This document shows positions 10,217 through 20,181 of a DNA stretch of 64,000 nt, piece by piece. The position numbers and the translations under genes are program-made. Within the stretch, counting starts at the first letter, position 1. Each line of letters opens with the position of its first letter. Source of the stretch: an uncultured Acidobacteriota bacterium (GTDB taxonomy: Bacteria > Acidobacteriota > UBA6911); contig CAWJKZ010000024.1 in the NCBI GenBank assembly GCA_963843575.1, positions 456,232-520,231 of the forward strand. Reading direction: 5' to 3'. A model generated the notes under the pieces. It did no database searches, was not told where the DNA came from, and saw only the letters and a list, made by a program, of their open reading frames with translations.

Positions 10217-10636
10217 ATGGTTTACCTACGATCGCTCCTGGCGCTCTTGCTTCTCTCCGTGTCCTCGTTCGCGGAAGTCGCATGGGTGAAGACCTACGAC
10301 GAGGCGCTGAAACAGGCCGGTGCGCAGAAGAAATTCGTCGTCCTGGACATGTCGGCGAGCTGGTGCGGCTTCTGCCGCAGGATGGCCCGCGAAGTCTATC
10401 CCAGCCCGGAGTTCGTCGAGTTTTCGCGCACCCAGGTCTTTGTGCGGCTCTTCGCTGACACCGATGCCGAGGGGACGAAGCTGGCCGAGAGCTTCAATGT
10501 CGAGGGTTTTCCCACGATAATCGTGCTGAACTCCCAGGGCCGCGAAGTGGGCCGCCTCGTGGGTGCCCGCGACAGCCGGCGCCTGATCCGGGAACTCCAG
10601 GAGATCACACAACGCGCAACGGGGGCGAGCCGATAG
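10217..10636 (+). CDS. Exported thioredoxin-family protein
   Basis: Signal peptide; SWCGFC active site; GFPT cis-Pro loop. Confidence 0.85.
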   Translation: MVYLRSLLALLLLSVSSFAEVAWVKTYDEALKQAGAQKKFVVLDMSASWCGFCRRMAREVYPSPEFVEFSRTQVFVRLFADTDAEGTKLAESFNVEGFPTIIVLNSQGREVGRLVGARDSRRLIRELQEITQRATGASR

Positions 10637-10654
10637 GCGGCCTCACCTCGGCTG

Positions 10655-10810
10655 TGCCCCACGTCGATCCCGTTGGCCGGCTCGGCCGAGACGCAAAGGA
10701 GGCCGTCGGGACCAAACTGCGCGCAGTGGGGACGCACGTGCCGCCCGAGGTCGATCGCGCCGATCAAGCGGCGGGCGCCAAGGTCGATCACGTCGACCGT
10801 GCGGCTCAGC
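10655..10810 (-). pseudogene. Fragment of a YncE-family beta-propeller gene
   Basis: TVDVIDLGARRLIGAIDLGRHVRPHCAQFGPDGLLCVSAE with no start codon or remainder; boundaries approximate. Confidence 0.5.
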
Positions 10811-10829
10811 CGGCTCCGAGTCCGTCGCC

Positions 10830-13588
10830 TCAGGGCCGCGGAGGCGTCGGAGGTCCGGCCGTGAGGGTGACAGGGCCCATGAGACCCGCGGGGATCGGGC
10901 CTCACCCGGTCCATGTCCTGCGGCTCGAACCTGACGCCGTAGCGCAGGTTGAGCAGCCGGTAGTCGGGCGGCGCGTGGCCAGCCATGTGGTTTACCGCCA
11001 GATTTGCGACCACGATCCGGAGACGGTTTTCACCGCGCCTGAGCAAGCCCGTGACTTCGACGGCGTAGGGCGGGCACCAGACCGATCCCGCACGTTTCCC
11101 GTTGACCTCCACCACCGCGGCTTCCCGGACCGGCGCCTGCAGCAGCGCCTGCAGGCGCCGGTCGCCGGCCCCGGGCGGGCTCCTCCGCCAGCGGGATAGC
11201 GGCGCCGAGGCTCAGGTGCGGCCTGGCTTCTGCGCTCAGGTACGGCTCCTGGACCTCGAAAGTCTTCTCGTAGGCGGCCAGGCCTGAGAAGTACCGCGTG
11301 GCTTCGTCCTCCGTCCAGGAGCGGAGACGGTCCATGCGAACGGCCGCACCGTCGCCAAAACGCACCTGCCACCCGCGGCTGAGGTCGATCGGCGCCGGGG
11401 AGGATCTCGTGAGGGCGGCGGCCGGCGGCGTTTGCCCCGGCGCGAACACGATCGCGCGCGAGCCGTAGGGCTCGAGGTCGAGGACCACGGACACGGAGCC
11501 CGGGGAGCGTTTCAGGACTTCGATCGGCAGCACGCCGCCCGTGACAGGGTCCCAGCATTCCGGCTGCAATCCCTCGACGCGGAAGGCGGCTTCCACCCGG
11601 TGGCGCACGTTGTCCGTGTTTGCCAGGAAGTACACCTCCGCCGTGGGGAGACTCCGGTGGACGAACCCTATTCCCGGAACCGGGGGCACAAACGACACGT
11701 CCGGCTGCAGCAGCGGCGCGAGCGCCCCGCCCAGGGCGGATTCCGCGGCGACGAAGTGGCCCGGGTGGGACGGTGCTTCGAAGAGCCGGCGCACTGTCTC
11801 ACGCAGCTCCGCGGTATCGGCTAGCGTCGCCGAGAAGCCGGGGACCCGCGCCGGCAGCCGGCGCGTCGCCACGACGACGCCCCCCGCACGGGCCAATTCC
11901 TCGAGCATCCGCACCGTCGCCAACGGCATCGTCTCCACCCCGGGGAGCACGATCGCCCGGTAGCGGTTGCCGCCGAGCTGGAGGCTCGCCCGGTCGATGC
12001 GCCCGAGCTGTTCCAGTGCGCGATCGTCCACGAAATCGACGCCGTAGCCTGATGACAGGAGCGATTCGACAACAGCGGGGCCGATCCGCTCGCCCAGCGA
12101 TTCCAGCAGATTCACGCGGCCGAGTGCAAAGTGCGCCCAGGCGTCGCTGTTGGGCAGATAGAGTGCGACGTCGTTCACCGCCTTCCCCTGGCGCAGAAGA
12201 AAACTCAGGCGCTGCAGGTACCGGGAAAGGTCGGGCATCACTATCCACCAGGGATTACTGTCGTTGAAAACCCCCGCGGCATAAAAGCGTCCGCCGGGAT
12301 AGGGAGTGCCTTCGGGGGTATAGGGCCATCCGTGACCGATCAGCTGGTTGACACCCTGAAGGAAGTGGCGGTCGGCTTCCACCTTCAGGTCCAGCGGCGT
12401 GGCCCGGAACGCGGGCGAGTGCAGCCAGGTCCACGTTTCGGAGGATGTGACTGCGCGGCCGTAGAGATGGTTCGCCGAGGACGCCCAGCGGGAGGCAGTG
12501 AGCCTCTTCCACTGGTGGCCCTCCCCTTCGGCCAGATCCGCAAACGCATTGCTCGACAGGGCCGCAGGCGGGACACCGTAGCCCTGGATGCGGAGAAGCG
12601 TGCCGTGGGCTTTCGCCCACTGCTGCAAGGGGGCGAGGAACCGTTCCTCCAGGAGTTCCGTCAGTGTCTTCCCCCAGTCGTGCCGGAGGCCCGCGGATTC
12701 GGCGGAGTTCGCGGCCAGGGCCGGGAGCCTGGGTTTCAAATCGTACCCGCGCCGGCTTCGGAACTGCTCCAGGAAATCGCCGGACCAGTCGGAGCCGTAC
12801 ACCTCGAGGCTGTCGCAGAATATGGCGTAAGGGGGGTTCGGGGCCGCCGCGCGCAGGAGCGGTTCCGCGACGTTAGCCAGAAAGCGTTCGAGTGCAGGGC
12901 GGCTGTAATGGTCAACCACATAGCCTTCGGCGCCCACTGCGGCGCGCTTCACCTGCTGCCCCGTGCGACCTGAAATGAAGAACCACACTTCGACCGGCGA
13001 CGCGCCGTCGGGAAGCCGCAGGATGCCGCCGGTAACATCCGTCAACTCCCGGCCGGTACCGGCGTCGAAGGCGGCGAGCAGTTGTTCTCCGGGACCCGGG
13101 TCGGGAACGGGAACGCGACGTGCGCCGGGGACCACCTTCACGCGCTCCCACCGCAGCCGCGGGGCGGCGTCGCTGATCGAGACCCCGGGGCCGCCGTAGG
13201 GCCAGCCGCTGCCGAGCGTCAGGTCGAACCGCAGGCCGAGTTCGCGCGCCTTCCCGGCCGCGAAGCCGAGCGCCTCCAGGAACCCAGACGAAAGGTACGG
13301 CAGATTCCTGAACCCTGCCTTGTCGTCATCGGGCGCGAGCGGGTAGACCGGCTCGACCTCGAATCCGCCGATCCCTCCTTCCTTCATGAGACGCATCTCG
13401 CGCTCGAGCCCCACCTTGGTCACGGCCGGCCCGAACCACCACCAGCGCATCATCGGCCGGCAGTCGTCGGGGGGGGCGAGGAACGCCCGGCGCAAGTCCC
13501 GGATATCCTCGAGGGCCCGGGCCCCGGCGAAGGGCACAACGAAAAGGCTGGAGAGAAGCACGGTGAGCAGGACGCATCGACGCTTCAC
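10830..13588 (-). CDS. Glycoside hydrolase, GH106 alpha-L-rhamnosidase-like (frameshifts near the C-terminus)
   Basis: RPMMRWWWFG, GIGGFE, TLGSGWPYGG, FCDSLEV and SETWTW motifs; GTG start with GGAGG RBS; C-terminal AGLMGPV. Confidence 0.8.
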
Positions 13589-13770
13589 GGAGGACCTCCA
13601 TGCCGCAAAAAACCTCATCTTAATTCAACCGCTTTGGCGGAAACCAGTGATTCATGCTATGGTGCCGGGGCATGAGACTGCCGGTTTGCACCGTGGCCGC
13701 GTGCGACGTCCCGCCGGCGGCACATCCTCCTTCACCCGCGTCGCACTCGATATCAAGAGGGGACTCCCAG

Positions 13771-14994
13771 ATGAATCCCGGAGCGTACTGTCGGCTGCTG
13801 TTTCTCCTCGTCGTGCTCCTGGCGCCAACAATCCTGACACCCGCAGCAGACGCGGGCGTCGTCCCCGGGCTGGAGGTCCTCCTGACGGAGCAGGTATCCC
13901 TGGTTCAGGGCAAGCGCGTGGGACTGATCACCAACCAGTGCGGCGTCGACCGCCGCATGCGGCACGTCGTCGACCTGCTGCCCAAGGTGCCCGGTGTGAA
14001 GGTGACCGCGCTCTTCGCGCTCGAGCACGGCGTCCGGGGCATGGTGCAGGCGGGAGGGAGTGTGGTCGACACGACCGACCCGAGGAGCGGCATACCCGTT
14101 TTCAGCCTCTACGGTCAGACACGGCGGCCGACCCCCGAGATGTTGAAGAACGTCGACGTCCTGGTTTACGACATCCAGGACGTCGGGGCGCGCTTCTACA
14201 CCTTCATCTCTTCGCTCGGCGAGTGCATGGAGGCTGCGGCAGACCACGGCATCCCGTTCGTCGTGCTCGACCGGCCCAATCCGCTCGCAGACCTCCTGAT
14301 CGAGGGGCCCATCCTGGACGTCGCCCGGTTCAGGTCGTTCGTGGGCGCCTACGCGATCCCGATCCGGTACGGCTGGACCCCCGGCGAACTGGCGGGTTTC
14401 GTCAGGGACGGGATCAAGAAAGACCTGAAGCTCACCGTCGTGAAAATGAAGAACTACAAGCGCAGCCTCTGGTACGACGAGACCGGGCTGCAGTGGATTG
14501 CCCCGTCGCCCAACATACCTTCACCCGCCTCCGCTATCGTCTACCCGGGCATGTGCTTGTTCGAGGGAACGAACCTCTCGGAGGGAAGAGGCACGACCCA
14601 GCCGTTTGAACTGATCGGGGCTCCCTGGCTGGACAGCTACCAGGTCGTGGACGACTTGACGGCGCTGCAACTGCCTGGCGTGCTTTTCCGCCCCGCCTCC
14701 TTCACCCCGACATTCTCCAAGTACCAGGGTGAGGGGTGCCAGGGCATACAGGTGCACGTGTCCGACCGACGCCGCTTCGAACCCGTACGTGCGGCCCTGC
14801 ACATGCTGGCAGCGATCAAGAAGAGCCACCCGTCCCAGTTCCAGTGGCGCGACTCGATCGACCGACTCTCGGGTACCGATGCCGTGCGGAAGGCGATCGA
14901 TGCCGGAACGCCCGTCGACCGGATCCTGGCTTCCTGGCGGCCTGAGCTGGATAAGTTTAACGCGACGCGCAAGCGATACTTGCTCTACCCGTAA
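13771..14994 (+). CDS. namZ: DUF1343 / NamZ-type exo-beta-N-acetylmuramidase
   Basis: RVGLITNQ, ALEHG, FSLYG, YDIQDVGARFYT, VLDRPNP, PSPN and EGRGTTQPFE motifs. Confidence 0.85.
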   Translation: MNPGAYCRLLFLLVVLLAPTILTPAADAGVVPGLEVLLTEQVSLVQGKRVGLITNQCGVDRRMRHVVDLLPKVPGVKVTALFALEHGVRGMVQAGGSVVDTTDPRSGIPVFSLYGQTRRPTPEMLKNVDVLVYDIQDVGARFYTFISSLGECMEAAADHGIPFVVLDRPNPLADLLIEGPILDVARFRSFVGAYAIPIRYGWTPGELAGFVRDGIKKDLKLTVVKMKNYKRSLWYDETGLQWIAPSPNIPSPASAIVYPGMCLFEGTNLSEGRGTTQPFELIGAPWLDSYQVVDDLTALQLPGVLFRPASFTPTFSKYQGEGCQGIQVHVSDRRRFEPVRAALHMLAAIKKSHPSQFQWRDSIDRLSGTDAVRKAIDAGTPVDRILASWRPELDKFNATRKRYLLYP

Positions 14995-15137
14995 AGAGCC
15001 CGGCTGCCTCACAAGCCGCCATGGGCGGGATTTTTCCAATATGCTCGAACATCCCGCCTGGTACGCAGTAATACGCAAAAGCAAGCCACCCGATAAGATA
15101 GGCGCTGGCCTCAACAATCAACACAAAGGTGTCTTTC

Positions 15138-18100
15138 ATGTCAGCCTGCCCGAGGTTCGAGACGATCTACGACATTATCGCAACCCGTGCGGCCCAGGAT
15201 GCCGCCGCCGCTGCGTTTCGGGCCCCGGGCCGGTCGCCGATGAGCTTCGGGTCGCTGAAGGAGCAGGCGGACGACGTGGCGGCGGTGCTGAACGGTTCGA
15301 GCGTCGGAAGGGGAGATCGGGTAGCCATCGTGCTGCCGAACGGCCCCGAGATGGCCTCCGCATTTGCGTGCATCGGCGCATCTACCGTGACGGCCCCGCT
15401 CAATCCCGCGTATCGGGCGCAAGAATTCGAGTTCTATCTCTCGGACCTCGAGGCGAAGGCGCTGGTCGTGTCCGAGGGGGACGACTCACCCGCCGTCGAC
15501 GTGGCACGCCGGCGGGGAATCGGGATATTCCGGCTAAAGAAGGAGGATGCATGGGACGCCGGGAGGTTCACACTCCTGGTGGAACCGCCCGCCGCTCCTG
15601 CGAACCAGCCGGGTCACGCCGGCCCGGACGACACGGTCCTCATCCTGCACACTTCCGGTACGACCTCCAGGCCAAAGATGGTGCCCCTGACCCAAGCGAA
15701 TGTGTGCGCATCGGCCTGCAACGTCCGGGAGTCGCTGGGCCTATTGCCTTCCGACCTTTGCCTGAACGTGATGCCCCTGTTTCACATCCACGGCCTGGTC
15801 GCCGCTGTCCTCGCGTCGCTTGTGGCAGGCGGATCGGTCGTCTGCACCCCCGGTTTTTTTGCGACCGACTTCTTTGGATGGGTCGAATCGCACGAACCTA
15901 CCTGGTACACGGCCGTCCCCACCATGCACCAGGCCATACTGTCCCGAAGCCGCCTCCACACCGAGGTGCTCGGACGGCACCGCCTGCGCTTCGTCCGATC
16001 CTCTTCCTCCGCTCTTCCCCCGCGGGTCCTGGAGGAACTCGAAGGGACATTCCGCGTTCCCGTCGTCGAGGCCTATGGCATGACGGAGGCGGCCCACCAG
16101 GTGGCCAGCAACCCGCTCCCTCCGCGCCCGCGCAAGTTGAGGTCGGTCGGACTCGCGGCCGGACCGGAAGTCGCGATCATGGATGAAGGCGGCAGGCTGG
16201 TTGCTCCAGGCGTGACGGGTGAGATTGTGATCAGGGGGAGCAACGTGACGCACGGGTACCTGAACAGCCCGGCCGCAGGCGCGCAGGCGTTTACCGCGGG
16301 ATGGTTCCGAACCGGGGACCAGGGGTGCCTGGACGAGGACGGGTACCTGTTCATCACCGGCCGCATAAAGGAAATCATCAATCGCGGCGGAGAGAAGATT
16401 TCTCCGCGGGAAATAGACGAAGCCCTGCTCGAGCACCCGGCCGTAGCCCAGGCGGTGGCGTTTGCCGTCCCGCACGACACGCTTGGAGAGGACGTCGCAG
16501 CCGCCGTCGTACCGCGTGACAACGCCGTGGTCTCGAAACAAGAGCTGAAAGCATTCGTGGCCGAGCGACTCTCCCTGTTCAAGGTCCCGCAGTCCATCGT
16601 GTTCCTCGAGGCGATCCCCAAGGGACCGACAGGGAAGCTCCAGCGCATAGGCCTCGCCGAGACGCTCGGGCTGACCGGGAAGCGCGCCGGAGAGCCGGCT
16701 GCCCATGTGGCTCCCCGGACGCCCACAGAGGCGGACCTCGAGCGCATATGGTCTCGCGTACTCCGGGTCGACCGGGTGAGCGCAACCGGGCGATTCCTCG
16801 ACCTCGGGGGTGATTCGATGCTGATCACCCGCCTGGCAGCGGGTATCCGGGAGAAGTTCGGCCTCGAGATCTCCCTGATGGACCTGTTCAACGCTCAGAC
16901 CATCTCGTCACAAGCCGCGCTGGTCGAGGCGCTGCTCGCGCAGCGGTCCCGGCAGGATCGGGGATCGGAATCCTCGATGGGTCTCGACACGCCGCGGATC
17001 CCGCGAGCGGGCGGTGAGCTCGCCTCGGCTCCCGCATCCGGGCCATTGTCGCTGGTGCAGCGTCGCCTCTGGGCCCTCCACCACCTCGCGGCCGACCCCA
17101 GCGCTTTTAACCGCACCGATGCGCTGCGTCTCGCCGGGCCGCTGGACCGGGCGTCGCTGGGAAAGGCCCTGCAGGAGATCGTCAACCGGCACGATTCTCT
17201 GCGTTCGTATTATGTGGATCGGGACGGGGAACCGGAGCAGATCGTCGCCAAAGAAGCCAAGTTGACCCTGACCTTTGAAGATCATACCGGGAAGGGTGAG
17301 GAGGAAATCACGGGCCGGATGATCGAGGAGAGGCGCCGGGTGTTCGACCTCGCGCAGGCGCCACTCCTGAGAGCCCTTCTGATGGCGACCGGCCCCGACC
17401 GGTACCTGATGTGCCTGACGATGCACCATCTTGTCGGCGACGGGTATTCGATGGGCGTCTTCTACAGGGAGCTGTCGTCCCTCTACGCCGCTTTTCTCGA
17501 TGGGCGGCCGGCTCCCCTGGAGAAATTGCCCGCGCAGTACCTCGATTTTGCGCGCTGGCAGAGGCAGCATATGGCGGGGCCCGCCCTTCAACCCCACCTG
17601 GCCTACTGGAAGACAAAGCTCGAAAACCTCCCCGTCCTGGAACTTCCGGCCGACTACCCGCGGCCGGCGGTTCAAAGCCAGCGAGGCGCCTGGACCGCTT
17701 TCGAAATACCGAGGGACCTGGCGGACCGGCTGCAGGCATTCTCCCGCGACGAGGGCGTCACGCTGTTCATGACGTTGCTGGGCGCCTTCAAAGTGCTGCT
17801 CGGCCGTTATTCGGGTCAGGACGACATTGCGGTGGGTATACCGGTGGCGGGCCGCACGCGGACTGAGTTTGAGAAGCTGATCGGCCCGTTCGCCACAACC
17901 CCCGTCCTGCGCACGGATCTCGGGGGCGAAGCGACCTTCAGGGAAGTGCTGCGGCGCGTAAGGAAGACCGCGCTGGAGGCTTTCGACCATCAGGAGGTCC
18001 CCTACGAGAAAATCGTCGAAGAACTGAAGCCCGAAATGGATCCAAGTCACACGCCGTTCTTTCAGACGCTTTTCAACCTGCGCAACTACGATGTGTCGCT

Positions 18101-20138
18101 CCCGGCTTTTCCCCGCGTCGCCGTGGAAAGCGCCTCCGTACCCGCCGCCCACGCCCTGACCGACCTGTACTTCAACCTGCACGTCCGGGACGGGGCGCTC
18201 CAGGGGGAAGCCATCTATTGTGCAGATCTGTTCGAACGGGAGACCGTGGTCAGGTTGACAGGGCATTATCTGAACCTGCTCCGGGCCATCCTGGCGGCGC
18301 CGGACCGTCCCGTCGCCTCTCTCCCCATGATCTCGGAATCCGAGCGAAAGACCCTGGTGAGCGACTGGAATGACACGGGGAAGGCTCTCCCGGAAGATCG
18401 ATTGGTGCACGAACTCTTCGAGGAACAGGTCCGAAGGTCGCCGGATGCGCCGGCCCTCGTATTCGGGAACGAGCGGTTGAGCTACGCCGAGCTGAACAGC
18501 CGGTCGAACAGGCTGGCCCGTCGTCTTCGCGCAGCCGGCGTCGGCCCCGAGGTCGTCGTCGGAGTGATGATGGAAGTCTCGACCGATCTCGTCGTCTCCC
18601 TCCTGGCCATACTGAAGGCTGGTGGCGCCTACCTGCCGCTGGATCCGCACTATCCCGCCGCGCACAACGCCTTCATGTTGGAAGATGCATGCGCACCTTT
18701 CCTCTTGACGCGCAAGGGAGGGGCTGAATCCCTCCCGCCGTATGCCGGGCACGTGCTGCTCTTCGAGGAGCTCGCGGAGTGGCTCGCGGGATCACCGGAG
18801 AACCTCGAGCGAATCACGCAGGTCCGTAATCGCGCCTATGTCATCTACACCTCGGGTTCCACGGGGAAGCCCAAGGGCGTCGAGATCGAACACCGAAGCG
18901 TCGTCAACTTCGTGGTGGGCTACCGCGAGGTGCCCGGCGTCACGGCGAAGGACGCCGTTCTTGCGGTTGCCAGCTTCTCGTTCGACATGGCGGTATGCGA
19001 GTTGTTCGTGCCGCTCTCGGCCGGTGCGAGCGTGATCGCCGTTGACCGGGAGACGGTGCGGGACAGCATGAGGCTCAGCCGCGCCATGGAATCCGCCACC
19101 CTGGTCATGACCACGCCTTCGATGTGGCGGCTGCTGGTCGACCAGGGGTGGCGCGGGAAAAAGGGATTGCGAGTAGTGTGTGCAGGAGAAGTGCTGCCGC
19201 GGGGCCTCGCCAGCGAGTTGCTCCAACGCGCGGACGAAGTCTGGAACAGCTACGGGCCCACGGAAACGACGGTAATTTCCTCTTCCTGGAGGGTGCCGGA
19301 AGGAGACGGGCCGATATCGATCGGGAGGCCGGCAGCCAACACGAGGTGTTACGTGCTGGATGGCCATGGGAATCTCCAGCCGGCCGGCATTCCCGGCGAG
19401 CTCTATATCGGTGGGGCAGCCGTCGGCAGGGGCTACCTGCGCAGACCGGATCTGACCTCGGAACGGTTTCTCGCCGATCCCTTCTCCCCGACACCCGGCG
19501 GCCGCATGTACCGGTCGGGTGATCGCGTCCGCTGGACGAGGAGCGGTGCACTGGAATGCCTGGGGCGCATCGATCGCCAGGTCAAACTCCGCGGCTTTCG
19601 CATCGAGCCCGGCGAGATCGAGTCCGTGCTCGAATTGCACGACGGCGTGCGCACCGCTCACGTCGAAAGCCTGCGGGGCCCCGATGGTCCGGAACTGGTC
19701 GCCTACTACATCGCGTTCGATCCAGTCCGGCCGGGGGAAGATGAGCTGAGAGCGTTTGTCGGTCAAAAGCTGCCGTGGTACATGGTGCCTTCGGCCTATG
19801 TCCGGCTGACCGCTCTGCCGATGACGCCCAACGGGAAAGTGGACAGCAAGAGGCTGCCCGCCCCCGACCTGTCCAGGCAGCACGACCAGACCGATTTCGT
19901 CGCGCCTCGCTCCCCTACCGAGAGCGTGCTGGTCGACATCTGGAGGGATGTCTTCGGCATCGAACGGGTGGGCTCAAACGATTCGTTTCTTGGGCTGGGC
20001 GGCCATTCCCTGACCGCTATGCGTGTAGTCTCCCGCATCCGGACCCAGCTGGGAGTCGACGTGCCCTTCCAGACGATATTCGAGCACTTGACGATCGCCG
20101 AGTTGGCCAATCGCATCGACGCGCAGCTGGCCGGATGA
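15138..20138 (+). CDS. Stand-alone NRPS, architecture A(oxalate-CoA-ligase-like)-T-C-A-T, no TE or reductase domain
   Basis: A1: HTSGTTSRPK, WYTAVPTMHQ, EAYGMTEAAHQVASNPLP; T1: LGGDS; C: HHLVGDG; A2: YTSGSTGKPKG, YGPTETT, YRSGD, QVKLRGFRIE; T2: LGGHS; stop follows T2 directly. Confidence 0.9.
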   Translation: MSACPRFETIYDIIATRAAQDAAAAAFRAPGRSPMSFGSLKEQADDVAAVLNGSSVGRGDRVAIVLPNGPEMASAFACIGASTVTAPLNPAYRAQEFEFYLSDLEAKALVVSEGDDSPAVDVARRRGIGIFRLKKEDAWDAGRFTLLVEPPAAPANQPGHAGPDDTVLILHTSGTTSRPKMVPLTQANVCASACNVRESLGLLPSDLCLNVMPLFHIHGLVAAVLASLVAGGSVVCTPGFFATDFFGWVESHEPTWYTAVPTMHQAILSRSRLHTEVLGRHRLRFVRSSSSALPPRVLEELEGTFRVPVVEAYGMTEAAHQVASNPLPPRPRKLRSVGLAAGPEVAIMDEGGRLVAPGVTGEIVIRGSNVTHGYLNSPAAGAQAFTAGWFRTGDQGCLDEDGYLFITGRIKEIINRGGEKISPREIDEALLEHPAVAQAVAFAVPHDTLGEDVAAAVVPRDNAVVSKQELKAFVAERLSLFKVPQSIVFLEAIPKGPTGKLQRIGLAETLGLTGKRAGEPAAHVAPRTPTEADLERIWSRVLRVDRVSATGRFLDLGGDSMLITRLAAGIREKFGLEISLMDLFNAQTISSQAALVEALLAQRSRQDRGSESSMGLDTPRIPRAGGELASAPASGPLSLVQRRLWALHHLAADPSAFNRTDALRLAGPLDRASLGKALQEIVNRHDSLRSYYVDRDGEPEQIVAKEAKLTLTFEDHTGKGEEEITGRMIEERRRVFDLAQAPLLRALLMATGPDRYLMCLTMHHLVGDGYSMGVFYRELSSLYAAFLDGRPAPLEKLPAQYLDFARWQRQHMAGPALQPHLAYWKTKLENLPVLELPADYPRPAVQSQRGAWTAFEIPRDLADRLQAFSRDEGVTLFMTLLGAFKVLLGRYSGQDDIAVGIPVAGRTRTEFEKLIGPFATTPVLRTDLGGEATFREVLRRVRKTALEAFDHQEVPYEKIVEELKPEMDPSHTPFFQTLFNLRNYDVSLPAFPRVAVESASVPAAHALTDLYFNLHVRDGALQGEAIYCADLFERETVVRLTGHYLNLLRAILAAPDRPVASLPMISESERKTLVSDWNDTGKALPEDRLVHELFEEQVRRSPDAPALVFGNERLSYAELNSRSNRLARRLRAAGVGPEVVVGVMMEVSTDLVVSLLAILKAGGAYLPLDPHYPAAHNAFMLEDACAPFLLTRKGGAESLPPYAGHVLLFEELAEWLAGSPENLERITQVRNRAYVIYTSGSTGKPKGVEIEHRSVVNFVVGYREVPGVTAKDAVLAVASFSFDMAVCELFVPLSAGASVIAVDRETVRDSMRLSRAMESATLVMTTPSMWRLLVDQGWRGKKGLRVVCAGEVLPRGLASELLQRADEVWNSYGPTETTVISSSWRVPEGDGPISIGRPAANTRCYVLDGHGNLQPAGIPGELYIGGAAVGRGYLRRPDLTSERFLADPFSPTPGGRMYRSGDRVRWTRSGALECLGRIDRQVKLRGFRIEPGEIESVLELHDGVRTAHVESLRGPDGPELVAYYIAFDPVRPGEDELRAFVGQKLPWYMVPSAYVRLTALPMTPNGKVDSKRLPAPDLSRQHDQTDFVAPRSPTESVLVDIWRDVFGIERVGSNDSFLGLGGHSLTAMRVVSRIRTQLGVDVPFQTIFEHLTIAELANRIDAQLAG

Positions 20139-20181
20139 TCAAGTGGGTCCGGATCTCGAAGACCCGGAAGTCCAGCTGGAA

